Source of the DNA: a virus
Length of the DNA: 64,000 nucleotides
Reading direction: 5' to 3' (one strand)
IMG/VR virus record: IMGVR_UViG_3300045988_052780
Below, in pieces: positions 27,657-36,499 of this stretch. Numbering within the stretch: the stretch's first letter is position 1; each line of letters starts with the position of its first letter. The notes below the pieces were generated by a model, which was given only the letters and a program-made list of their open reading frames with translations, was not told where the DNA came from and did not search any database. The translations under genes were made by a program, and so were the position numbers.

Positions 27657-30257
27657 ATGGCAATTAATAAGAAGTTAATTCACTTTAAGAATAAAGAAGC
27701 TTTTGATAGAGAGCTTCAAGCTGGAAACATAATGGACACTTCTATCTGTTGGATTCCAGACGCCAAATTTATTTACACCAGAGGAACTTATTGGTATTGC
27801 TCATCTAAATCTGATGCTGAAATTCAGCAATTGATATCTGACATAGAGACTCAGCTTAGCAATAAAGTTGATAAGGTAGAAGGTAAAGGACTTTCTACTA
27901 ATGACTTTACTGATGATTTATTAAATCTACTAAAGAAAGTAAGTAAGCCTCTTAACTATAAAGGTTCAGTTCCTACATATAATGACTTGCCCACTGAAGG
28001 TAATTTGGAAGGAGATGTATGGAATGTTACTAAAACAGATGTTAATTATGCATGGAATGGTACTGACTGGGATCCATTTGGTTCGTCAGCAGTGAATATT
28101 GTAGATGACCTTACTACTGGAGGAGCGACTGCTGCTCTATCTGCTGAACAGGGTAAAGTACTCAAAGGATTAGTTGATACTAAAGTAGACAAAGTATCTG
28201 GTAAACAACTCTCAACTAATGATTATACCACTGCTGAAAAGAATAAACTAGCAGGATTATCTAATTACAATGATGCAGACTTAAAAGCAAGCATTAAACT
28301 TAATTCCGATAACATAGCATCTATGGATGCAGCTTATAAGGCTGCTGATGAAGTTCTTCAGGATAATATAGATGCAGAGAAAGTTGCTCGTACTGCTGCT
28401 GACAGTAAATTACAGAACGATATTAGTGCAGAAGAGACTAGGGCTGTGTTAGCTGAATCTGAGAATTTGGCTGTTATTAAGGCAGAGACAGAAAGAGCTA
28501 AAGCAGCAGAAGACGAAATCAGAGCTGTTGCTGGAGGCAGTAGTACTGCCGATGGTGGGGATATTCCTATCTGTCCTTTATATAGACAAGCTAATGTAAT
28601 GTATACTAAAGTACCAGAAAATATCAAAGATACAGCTACTCTTGCAGCATACATTATGTGTTATAACAAGCCTTACATAGGCAAGCCTATCAATAGAATT
28701 AAAATGATGCTTGCCACTCCAGGTAGATGTAGAATCTCCATCTTCAATGAACATATCTTTGATGCTAATCCTACTTTAGAAGCTTCATTAGTTAAAGATT
28801 TAGTGAATGTCGTATGTACATCCACTGGTTATAAATATTGGGATTTAGATGAAGATGTAGTAGTAGAAGAGGGGCAATTCATTGGTGCTTGGTACACAGC
28901 TGATTGTGCTAGATATACTTACAATAATGATTTAACCTACCAGACTGCATATCCTTCTGGATGGGTTGGGAGAACCAACTTAACAACAGAAGCGATACCT
29001 AAAGAAGATTGGGAGAATAGACGTTCTTTAGGATATTTAAATGTAGGATTGTATCGTAGAGGTGATGGTTCAGACTTTGAATGGGGCAAGCTAGATGAAT
29101 CAGCAAATACTCGAAGCCGTGTTGATAATGCTTATTATCCCAGGGGACAGGAAAAGTTAGTAGGTAAAACCATCTACAAACTAAGATTGAAGGTTTTAAC
29201 AGTAGGCTATTTGACTATTAACCTAATTAATAACTACGGTAAAGCTAATGCTAAAGTTCTTAAATCTTGGAAATTGTACATTAGGCAATTAGGAGTCCAG
29301 ACAGTGAGACTTCCAGAGGACATTACTTTAGAAGCCGGGCAGGGTATCGGAGTGTATGCAGAAGGTGATACCTGTGCTTTTGCTTATGGAGGAACGCCAT
29401 TCGGAACTAAATACGCATTAAATGGATGGTACCAATATACAGCACATAATTATGCTACAACTCCTGGAGGAAACACTAACCAGCCTTTAGGAATTGCTCT
29501 TATCGAAAGAGGTAGTAAACTATCATCCTTAGAAGATAAAACTATATCTATTCAAGGAGACTCAATTAGCACATTTGCAGGAACTATTACTGATGGTAAT
29601 GCAACTTACTACAGTGCATCTCACAAGTTTGTTAATAGTATTGATGCTACATGGTGGGGATTACTTATTAATGAGTGCAGAATGAGACTTATCAGAAACG
29701 ATGCATGGTCTGGCTCTAGAATCAGTGGTACTGGAGATAATGCTATGTGTAGTGTAGCCAGATGTTCCAATATAAAGCATATTAATTCGACAGTGGATAC
29801 ATATCAATATGGAGCTCCTGAAATCATAGTCGTAATGGCTGGAACTAATGACGTGTCTGGTAATGTAGAAATGGGAACAGCTGATGGAGCCGTTACTACC
29901 TATATGGGAGCATTTAAAACTATGCTTGCTAATCTAAAATCGCAATGCAGAAATGCCAAAATAGTAGTATTCCAATTGTATAGAGGTAATGTTTTAGACT
30001 ATGCTAATAGTGGTGGTAAGCACCAATATGAATATCAAGAAGCTATGGCAAATTTATGTAGAAGATATGGAGTTTACTATATAGGCCCGGAACATTTTGA
30101 CTTAAGCTTTCCAAACCTACAGTATTATACTTGTGATAACAGTTTAAGTGATTATGGACCTCTTACTTACACTAGTGCAGATTATCTACATCCTAACATG
30201 CAAGGTATGGAAAGAGTTTATGCTGGAGTTAGGGCTTATTTAGAGAGTTTATATTAA
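27657..30257 (+). CDS. Tail fiber or receptor-binding protein with a C-terminal SGNH/GDSL hydrolase (esterase) domain (866 aa)
   Basis: N-terminus homologous to other fibers (IHFKNKEAF...IPDAKFIYTRGTYW). C-terminal blocks GDSIS (I), AGTNDV (III) and DYLHPN (V) of the SGNH hydrolase family. Confidence 0.65.
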   Translation: MAINKKLIHFKNKEAFDRELQAGNIMDTSICWIPDAKFIYTRGTYWYCSSKSDAEIQQLISDIETQLSNKVDKVEGKGLSTNDFTDDLLNLLKKVSKPLNYKGSVPTYNDLPTEGNLEGDVWNVTKTDVNYAWNGTDWDPFGSSAVNIVDDLTTGGATAALSAEQGKVLKGLVDTKVDKVSGKQLSTNDYTTAEKNKLAGLSNYNDADLKASIKLNSDNIASMDAAYKAADEVLQDNIDAEKVARTAADSKLQNDISAEETRAVLAESENLAVIKAETERAKAAEDEIRAVAGGSSTADGGDIPICPLYRQANVMYTKVPENIKDTATLAAYIMCYNKPYIGKPINRIKMMLATPGRCRISIFNEHIFDANPTLEASLVKDLVNVVCTSTGYKYWDLDEDVVVEEGQFIGAWYTADCARYTYNNDLTYQTAYPSGWVGRTNLTTEAIPKEDWENRRSLGYLNVGLYRRGDGSDFEWGKLDESANTRSRVDNAYYPRGQEKLVGKTIYKLRLKVLTVGYLTINLINNYGKANAKVLKSWKLYIRQLGVQTVRLPEDITLEAGQGIGVYAEGDTCAFAYGGTPFGTKYALNGWYQYTAHNYATTPGGNTNQPLGIALIERGSKLSSLEDKTISIQGDSISTFAGTITDGNATYYSASHKFVNSIDATWWGLLINECRMRLIRNDAWSGSRISGTGDNAMCSVARCSNIKHINSTVDTYQYGAPEIIVVMAGTNDVSGNVEMGTADGAVTTYMGAFKTMLANLKSQCRNAKIVVFQLYRGNVLDYANSGGKHQYEYQEAMANLCRRYGVYYIGPEHFDLSFPNLQYYTCDNSLSDYGPLTYTSADYLHPNMQGMERVYAGVRAYLESLY
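29540..30257 (+). other. SGNH/GDSL esterase domain
   Basis: GDS at 29566-29574. GTND near 29841-29855. DxxH (DYLHPN) near 30181-30200. Confidence 0.6.
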
Positions 30258-30274
30258 TAAATATGTTATAAATA

Positions 30275-30285
30275 GGGGGGGGGGG
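30275..30285. repeat. Homopolymeric G11 tract, part of the hairpin ggggc-att-gcccc (30281-30294), 35 nt upstream of the ATG at 30320
   Basis: Counted directly: aatag + 11 G + cattgcccc. Extremely unusual for this AT-rich genome. Confidence 0.9.
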
Positions 30286-30319
30286 CATTGCCCCTTCCTC
30301 CTGTAATTACTAAGTAATT

Positions 30320-30733
30320 ATGGGACAAATAACTGGTAAAGACAATAATAGAGTTCCTACCGTGAAAGAATGTAATGATGCTTATGGTGGCAATTATATG
30401 ACAGAAAGTCAGGTAGCTGAAGCAATAAGTGATGCAACAGCTAATTTTTTGACCTCATCCGATTTCCAAATGTCATTCGGTGCTGCCAGTGGATATATTA
30501 AGTTCCCAAATGGATTTATGATACAGGCAGGTCACGGTGGAAGACAAACTACAGGCAGACAAAGTTTGAGTTTTTATACTCCATTTCCAACCAAATGTGT
30601 TGCTGTAGTAGTATCAGGAGAACGAAGTGGGGATGGAGCTAATGGTTATAACTATGTATATAATGTAACCAGATACGGTTTTGAAGTTTCCTTTGATAAA
30701 TCACCTGGTTATTATATAGCAATTGGATATTAA
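30320..30733 (+). CDS. Small fiber-tip-like protein, paralog A (137 aa)
   Basis: ORF. N-terminus MGQITGKDNNRVPTVKECNDAYGG is paralogous to the N-terminus of the next gene. Confidence 0.5.
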   Translation: MGQITGKDNNRVPTVKECNDAYGGNYMTESQVAEAISDATANFLTSSDFQMSFGAASGYIKFPNGFMIQAGHGGRQTTGRQSLSFYTPFPTKCVAVVVSGERSGDGANGYNYVYNVTRYGFEVSFDKSPGYYIAIGY

Positions 30734-30736
30734 AAT

Positions 30737-31157
30737 ATGGGATATATTACTAATTTGAGTTCAAATAGAACCCCCACAGTCCAAGCTTGTAATGAAGCAT
30801 ATGGTTTCGATGCAGGTTCTATATCGGGGGGGGATTACTTTAGGACCACATGATTCTAATAGGTTCATGATTAATGTGTATTATACTACACCAGTAGATT
30901 TGAGAACAATTTTAAAAGATACAGACCCAATTAATTGTGTATATGCATTTATAATTGTTGCTGAAGAAGTTTATCATACTGTCTGGCTGTATAGAGGGTC
31001 AGATGGTAAGTTTAAGCCTAATGGCTCTTGTTATAAAGATAACGATGGATATAGATTACATCTGCATATACAATGGCACAGCGATGGTACAGCAAGTTAC
31101 GAACATATATATTTGCAGCCTGACGGCTATACTATTGAGGCAAATTGGGTAGAATAA
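30737..31157 (+). pseudogene. Small fiber-tip-like protein, paralog B, split by a frameshift at a G8 tract. G7 would restore a single protein of about 140 aa. Candidate phase-variable gene or homopolymer sequencing error.
   Basis: The N-terminal 38 codons (30737-30853, MGYITNLSSNRTPTVQACNEAYGFDAGSISGGDYFRTT*) are paralogous to gene A. They continue in the -1 frame as the ORF 30792-31157. I translated across the tract by hand. Confidence 0.55.
30826..30833 (+). repeat. Homopolymeric G8 tract at the frameshift point of paralog B
   Basis: Counted directly (atatc + 8 G + attac). Confidence 0.9.
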
Positions 31158-31209
31158 GACACTAGTACTTCCATGGTGTCTATAATTAATAACTTAAACA
31201 TTTATAACT

Positions 31210-33150
31210 ATGGCGGCAGAAGACCCTAGGTTTCTATTGCATTTCAAGACTTTAGCTAAGTTTAATGAGAAACTAGCTGATGGTACAGTGAGTGCAGACA
31301 AGCATCTAGTATTTATTAAGGATGCTAAGCAAGTATGGTTCAAAGGAACATATTATGCAGATAATGTTAAGATGGATGGTATTACTGACTTCTATAATGG
31401 CTGGAGTATCACTCAGAGCAGTGCTACTACTCTAACTATAACTCTTACTGGCAAGAGATGGAATGCTAACACAAGAGCGTGGGGGGCTATTAGTAAACCT
31501 CTATCTGTTAACTCTGTTACTCAGTCTGTAGCAGGACTTATGAGTGCAGCAGATAAAGTTAAATTGGATGGATTGAATATTAATAACGTTAGTAATATAT
31601 CATTCTCATCAAATGCAGCTAAAGTAACAGCAACTATCAGCAAAGATAATGGTAATGCGGCTGATACTTCTACAACTGTGAATTTACCAGTAGCATCCTC
31701 TACTAGTGCAGGTTCTATGAGTGCTACTGACAAGATAGAATTAGATAGAATTAGTACTGCTAACTTTGCTCTTGGAGCAGTAACTCCTACTACATCTACT
31801 GTGGGAATAGCTGCTAGTAAGACTACTATCTCTAGTGGAGCTAGTGCAGCCAACAACATTACTCTTCCAGCAGCTACTCAGTCAGTGGCAGGTGTAATGA
31901 CAGCAGCAGATAAAGTTAAATTGGATGTTACACTTCCCAATTTAATCGATAGCAACAAAACTAATATAGATAATTACACTGTTAACGGCTTTAAAATTTC
32001 TACTAACCCTGTATTAGATGGAGCTGATATCAAAATAACTGGATACACCAAACCTTCTACTACTGGAGCTTTAGCGGCCGCTGATAGTGTCAATGGTGCT
32101 CTTGGTAAGTTAGAGAAGAAATTGGATGATGAAGTAACTAGCAGAACTAATGCTGTTTCAAATCTTACCAATACAGTAAATAGTAATAAGAGTACTATTG
32201 ACAATTATACTATTAACGGTGCTAAAATCTCTACTAACCCTAAAATAACTGTAACAGTAGGAGGATCTGGTAATGCTGTAACTACAGCTTCATTTAGTGG
32301 GACTGTGCTGACTCTTACTAAGGGAGCTACGTACAATAACTACTCTCATCCAGCTGGTTCTGGGGCTAGTAAATCTACTGGCTTGTATAAATTTAGTACA
32401 GATAGTACTAGTCATATCAGTGGTGTTACAGCAGTAACTAAATCTGATATAACTGCCTTAGGTATTCCTAGCTCTGATACTAATACTACTTACAGTTTCT
32501 CAAGTGGAAATGGTGGCTTTACTGTAACTCCTAGTGGAGGTTCCTCACAGACAGTATCAATAGGTAAGCCTTCTACAGCAGGTACAGCAGACAAAGTAGC
32601 TAATACATTAACCTTTACTGGTTATCAATCTAAATCGTATAATGGATCTGCTGCTGTAAGTGTAGCTATTCCTAGTAAAGTCAGTGACCTAACTAATGAT
32701 AGTGGGTATATTACTAGTTACACAGATACTAAGAATACTGCTGGCTCAACTAACAGTTCGAGTAAATTATATTTAATTGGAGCTACATCCCAAGCTTCTA
32801 GTCCTGTTACTTATTCTAATTCAGGAGTATATACACAAAGTGGTGCTGTTTATGCATCTGCTGGGTTCTATGATACTTCAGACATGAGAGTAAAGGATAA
32901 CATAGAATCCATAGATGTATCTAAAGCTGATAAAATACGATTAGTAGAATTTGATAGAACAGACAGAGAACATCATGGCTATGGAGTTATAGCTCAAGAA
33001 CTTGAAACCGTATACCCATCAATGGTTAATACCGATGAGAATGGCTTTAAGACAGTTAACTATAGTGAAATATATGCAGTTAAAATAAAGTATCTTGAAG
33101 ATAAAATTGCAGCTTTAGAAGCCGTAGTCGATAAATTAATAAGTAAATAA
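31210..33150 (+). CDS. Tail fiber protein with a C-terminal intramolecular-chaperone auto-processing domain (Peptidase S74-like), 646 aa
   Basis: C-terminus YDTS|DMRVKDNIESIDV...GYGVIAQELETVYPSMV matches the S|DxRxKxNI autocleavage signature of endosialidase and T5 L-shaped fibre chaperone domains. N-terminus paralogous to the other fibers. Ser/Thr-rich shaft. Confidence 0.7.
   Translation: MAAEDPRFLLHFKTLAKFNEKLADGTVSADKHLVFIKDAKQVWFKGTYYADNVKMDGITDFYNGWSITQSSATTLTITLTGKRWNANTRAWGAISKPLSVNSVTQSVAGLMSAADKVKLDGLNINNVSNISFSSNAAKVTATISKDNGNAADTSTTVNLPVASSTSAGSMSATDKIELDRISTANFALGAVTPTTSTVGIAASKTTISSGASAANNITLPAATQSVAGVMTAADKVKLDVTLPNLIDSNKTNIDNYTVNGFKISTNPVLDGADIKITGYTKPSTTGALAAADSVNGALGKLEKKLDDEVTSRTNAVSNLTNTVNSNKSTIDNYTINGAKISTNPKITVTVGGSGNAVTTASFSGTVLTLTKGATYNNYSHPAGSGASKSTGLYKFSTDSTSHISGVTAVTKSDITALGIPSSDTNTTYSFSSGNGGFTVTPSGGSSQTVSIGKPSTAGTADKVANTLTFTGYQSKSYNGSAAVSVAIPSKVSDLTNDSGYITSYTDTKNTAGSTNSSSKLYLIGATSQASSPVTYSNSGVYTQSGAVYASAGFYDTSDMRVKDNIESIDVSKADKIRLVEFDRTDREHHGYGVIAQELETVYPSMVNTDENGFKTVNYSEIYAVKIKYLEDKIAALEAVVDKLISK
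32881..33150 (+). other. C-terminal intramolecular chaperone domain. Predicted autocleavage between S (32878-32880) and D (32881-32883).
   Basis: SDMRVKDNI motif. Confidence 0.6.
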
Positions 33151-33152
33151 TT

Positions 33153-34859
33153 ATGGCAAATAAAGTAGCATCTAAACGATGGATTTATTCAAACTTCTCT
33201 GTAGGAAGCTCTAGTAATGAATGTGCTACTAAAACTGAAATTCTGGGATTTGGATTGTATATAACTAATGATTCTAGTTATGCATCTAATCAACTAGTAA
33301 GGGAGGAAGATATTTACCTTCCAGCTTGGACATATTCTTTCTCAGTTTCTAATTGGGATAAAAATGTTGGAGAATCTGGTGGAACTACTTCCTCTATTAG
33401 TATATCTTCAAGCAAATCCAGACTAGGAACAACTGAAAGTGTAGGATGGAGTATAGATTCTTCTACAGTACCTAGCTGGATTACTTGGAATTCGTCAAGT
33501 ATGACGTTTACAGTAGCATCAAATAGTAGTACCTCGTCCAGAACTGCTAATATCTATTTCGAGCAGGATGAATCCGGTAAGAGAGATTACGCTAGAGTTA
33601 CTCAGGCTGGACATACTCAAGTTACTACCTATAATTATGTCTTTTGGACATCAACTAGTGGTGGTACATCAACTAGTGGTTCATTTGGACAATCTGGAAG
33701 TAGTATTCAGCCCCAAATTTATAGCTACAGAGAAACAATAGTAGATGGTACAGTAACTTCACGTGATGCAATAAGTTTTAGCTATACTGACAAACCTAGT
33801 TGGATTACTGGAGAAGCTGTTAGTACAGGTTATAATCCTCCTAACTCCCCTACGTATTATGCTAAAATGACAGCATCAGAGAATACTTCAGTAGATGCTA
33901 GAAGTTATGATGTAGTTATAACTCAGAGTGGTTCTGATAAGGAAATTACTATCTCAGTAAGCCAGCCTGGTAAAGCTAATGAGTACACGTTTGAAATTAG
34001 GAAATCTGATGAGGAATATACTGGTAAAACAAGTATTACATTTGATGTTCCTGCAAGCACTGTTGGTTGGTCTGGAAACTATGCATATAGATCTAGGAAG
34101 AATGGAGAACAATTTGCTAATGTAAGCTTCTCATCTAGTGCGAGCTGGCTTCACGTTGAAAGTAGTGGTGCATACACTGTAGATCATAATACAGGTAGCT
34201 CATCTAGATCCGGTACTATTACATTAACTCAAGCTGAGTCTGGATTAAAATGTTATGTTTATATTAATCAAAGCGGTTATACTCCTACATATACGTTTAA
34301 TGTATCTCCAACAAATTTAAGTGTGACTGCGGCGGAAACTAATGAGACTCTTACAGTGAATTCTTATAAGACTGTACTTGAAAGCGACGGTAGTGAAACT
34401 ACAGAATCTCTAGATTACGAATTCTCGTCAGATGCAAGTTGGGTTAATGCTGCGAGAACTACAACCAACACTACGTATATAACTATAGCAGAAAACTTAA
34501 CAATTGTCAAGAGAAATGCTAAGATTACTTTAACCCAAGCAGAGAGTGGCGCTCAAGCATTTACCAATGTTACCCAAGCTGGGAAAGTACAATCTGATAA
34601 TAAGTTAACTATTACAAGTGTAACTTATGAAGATGCATACCTATTTCCACCAGGAATAACACCAGTTGTAGGTTCTGAAGTATACTTAAAGGTCATACTT
34701 CCGAATACATTTACTTGGAAAACTTCTTCTGGATTGGCTATGAACAGAGGAACAGCTTATGCTGGAGATATATGTAATATTTATGTATTTGAAAATAGTA
34801 GATATAAGTTAGTTAAATCCTTTAAGTTACAAACTGGAAAACAAACTGTTAACATATAA
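33153..34859 (+). CDS. Ser/Thr-rich tail-associated protein with three BACON-like (Ig-like carbohydrate-binding) repeats (568 aa)
   Basis: Three repeats ending SRTANIYFEQDESGKRDYARVTQAG, SRSGTITLTQAESGLKCYVYINQSG and RNAKITLTQAESGAQAFTNVTQAG. Each has a conserved W about 40-50 aa upstream. This is reminiscent of BACON domains known from Bacteroides and crAssphage proteins. Confidence 0.5.
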   Translation: MANKVASKRWIYSNFSVGSSSNECATKTEILGFGLYITNDSSYASNQLVREEDIYLPAWTYSFSVSNWDKNVGESGGTTSSISISSSKSRLGTTESVGWSIDSSTVPSWITWNSSSMTFTVASNSSTSSRTANIYFEQDESGKRDYARVTQAGHTQVTTYNYVFWTSTSGGTSTSGSFGQSGSSIQPQIYSYRETIVDGTVTSRDAISFSYTDKPSWITGEAVSTGYNPPNSPTYYAKMTASENTSVDARSYDVVITQSGSDKEITISVSQPGKANEYTFEIRKSDEEYTGKTSITFDVPASTVGWSGNYAYRSRKNGEQFANVSFSSSASWLHVESSGAYTVDHNTGSSSRSGTITLTQAESGLKCYVYINQSGYTPTYTFNVSPTNLSVTAAETNETLTVNSYKTVLESDGSETTESLDYEFSSDASWVNAARTTTNTTYITIAENLTIVKRNAKITLTQAESGAQAFTNVTQAGKVQSDNKLTITSVTYEDAYLFPPGITPVVGSEVYLKVILPNTFTWKTSSGLAMNRGTAYAGDICNIYVFENSRYKLVKSFKLQTGKQTVNI

Positions 34860-34892
34860 AGATTAATATAAGTTAGATAAGAGTAATAGCGG

Positions 34893-34930
34893 ATTCCTTA
34901 CTTTAGGGGTTCGCTATTATCATTTACAGG
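34893..34930 (+). terminator. Stem-loop (8-bp stem taatagcg/cgctatta, 20-nt loop) immediately after the BACON gene
   Basis: Inverted repeat seen. Lacks a T-run, so it could equally be a regulatory RNA hairpin. Confidence 0.3.
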
Positions 34931-34990
34931 TATGCAATAAATTTTATGTTAATGAGTGTTAAATAATTAGGATATATCAGATATTTAACG

Positions 34991-34998
34991 TACCTTTG
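34991..34998 (+). promoter_or_regulatory. Bacteroidota-type -7 box TAccTTTG upstream of the gene at 35062
   Basis: TAnnTTTG match. Confidence 0.35.
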
Positions 34999-35061
34999 CA
35001 TTATCGAATTAGAAAGTATAGTAAGCATCATAGGGATGCTCAACAGATGTAGTATTTAATT

Positions 35062-35958
35062 ATGGCAGAATTTTTAACAATGGCCGAAGCCGAAGATAAG
35101 TTCGGTAAGAAAGGTCGTACTAATGCTGCACTCACACTTGGTATTATCGGAACAGCACTTGGTGCATTCGCAGGTAATAACGGAGGTTGTGGATGTAGTA
35201 ATGGTGGCGGACTGTTAGGTAATCTCTTCGGAGGTAACAACAATTGCTGCGCAATGCAGGCAGCTGAAAATGCTAAGACTTTAGCTATGGCTCAAGGTCA
35301 GCAAGCTGATAACCTATCATGGGCAAATAGAGTGCAGTCGCTACAAGATGATGTAGACCTATATACTTACATTAATAGCAGGGTACTTGCTACTAATGAA
35401 AGAATAGGTAACGAAAGTCAAGTCCTAACAAATCAAATTTGGAAGGGCAGAGTAGAAGATTTACAAGAGAAGAGTGGAATGTATGTTGATTTGATTACTC
35501 GCGATAACGCACAGAATCAAAGACTTTGCGATGAACTCTATAAAAGGAGAGAACAAGATGTGCAGGAGAAAGCTGACCTGTTCGCTAGACTAGGTTCTAG
35601 AATTTCTGAGTTAGAGAAGAAAGAAGCTGCTACAGCCGCTGCTCTTCCTTTAATGTTTGAGCTTAATAAAGTTAATGCTGAGAGATATGCAGACAATTGC
35701 TGCTGCAAGACTGAAAAGGCTATTATGGCTGTAGATGCAGGATTGCAGAGACAACTAGACCACAAGATTGACGGACAGCTGAAATATGCTTATAGTGACT
35801 TGTGTGCTCCGGTTCCAAGCATTGCTCCACTATACTGTAGCCCATTCACAAGTTATGGTACTGGTATGTATGCTGGAACTGCCGCTGCTAACTTTAATGC
35901 TGTAAATACAGCTATTAATACAGTTGCTGACAGATGTCCTTCTTGTACAGCCCAATAA
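35062..35958 (+). CDS. Gly/Cys-rich protein with an N-terminal TM anchor and a long coiled-coil region (298 aa)
   Basis: TM segment AALTLGIIGTALGAFAG. Unusual Cys clusters GGCGCSNGG, NNNCC, NCCCK, CPSC. Heptad-rich middle. Has its own promoter box and terminator. Confidence 0.5.
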   Translation: MAEFLTMAEAEDKFGKKGRTNAALTLGIIGTALGAFAGNNGGCGCSNGGGLLGNLFGGNNNCCAMQAAENAKTLAMAQGQQADNLSWANRVQSLQDDVDLYTYINSRVLATNERIGNESQVLTNQIWKGRVEDLQEKSGMYVDLITRDNAQNQRLCDELYKRREQDVQEKADLFARLGSRISELEKKEAATAAALPLMFELNKVNAERYADNCCCKTEKAIMAVDAGLQRQLDHKIDGQLKYAYSDLCAPVPSIAPLYCSPFTSYGTGMYAGTAAANFNAVNTAINTVADRCPSCTAQ

Positions 35959-35975
35959 CTTAAGATATCCTACAA

Positions 35976-36012
35976 GGGAGGCTACGTTAATTCGTGACCT
36001 CCCTTTATTTAT
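35976..36012 (+). terminator. Rho-independent terminator (agggagg...cctccct stem followed by TTTATTTATTT)
   Basis: Inverted repeat plus a T-rich run, seen directly. Confidence 0.5.
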
Positions 36013-36076
36013 TTAACCCTTATTTAATTATCGTACGAAAGTTAAAATTACACCAACAGGAGAAAGTGCTCAAGTA

Positions 36077-36487
36077 ATGGAATTTAATGTATCGTTACCA
36101 GGAGGAGCTAATGCATCAGTAGCTCCTGTGTCTACATTAACAGTTACTCAAAGATGGGCAAAGGTCGTTAATGTTTCAACTACTGGAACAGAATACGTAC
36201 AAGTTACCAAATTTGATGTCATTCACAATTTACAGTACACTGATTGTAAAGGAAACGTTAGAGTAGCTACTGAATCTACTTCTACTATTATGGAAACTTC
36301 AGCTACTAGTGAAACTATTACTACATTAGTTCCAACAGTAACTAAAGTAATAGATGTTATTATACCTAATGGAGTTAGTATTATTAATCAGCAGATTTTG
36401 GATGAACTGCCAACTTCTCTTCCAGTTAAGGAACATTGTGCATATTCAGTATTCGATGTTAGAATAACACCAACTCCTGCACCATAA
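36077..36487 (+). CDS. Hypothetical protein (136 aa)
   Basis: ORF. Confidence 0.45.
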   Translation: MEFNVSLPGGANASVAPVSTLTVTQRWAKVVNVSTTGTEYVQVTKFDVIHNLQYTDCKGNVRVATESTSTIMETSATSETITTLVPTVTKVIDVIIPNGVSIINQQILDELPTSLPVKEHCAYSVFDVRITPTPAP

Positions 36488-36499
36488 AACTAGTGATTT

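Noticed and set aside
17551-34859. Diversity-generating retroelement targeting a fiber gene
   Set aside because: No reverse transcriptase ORF is present and no template or variable repeat pair was detected near the fiber C-termini.
34893-34930. Hairpin with a ggggttcg loop sequence reminiscent of a tRNA T-loop
   Set aside because: The stem-to-stem distance is only about 40 nt. It cannot form a cloverleaf, so it is annotated as a simple hairpin.
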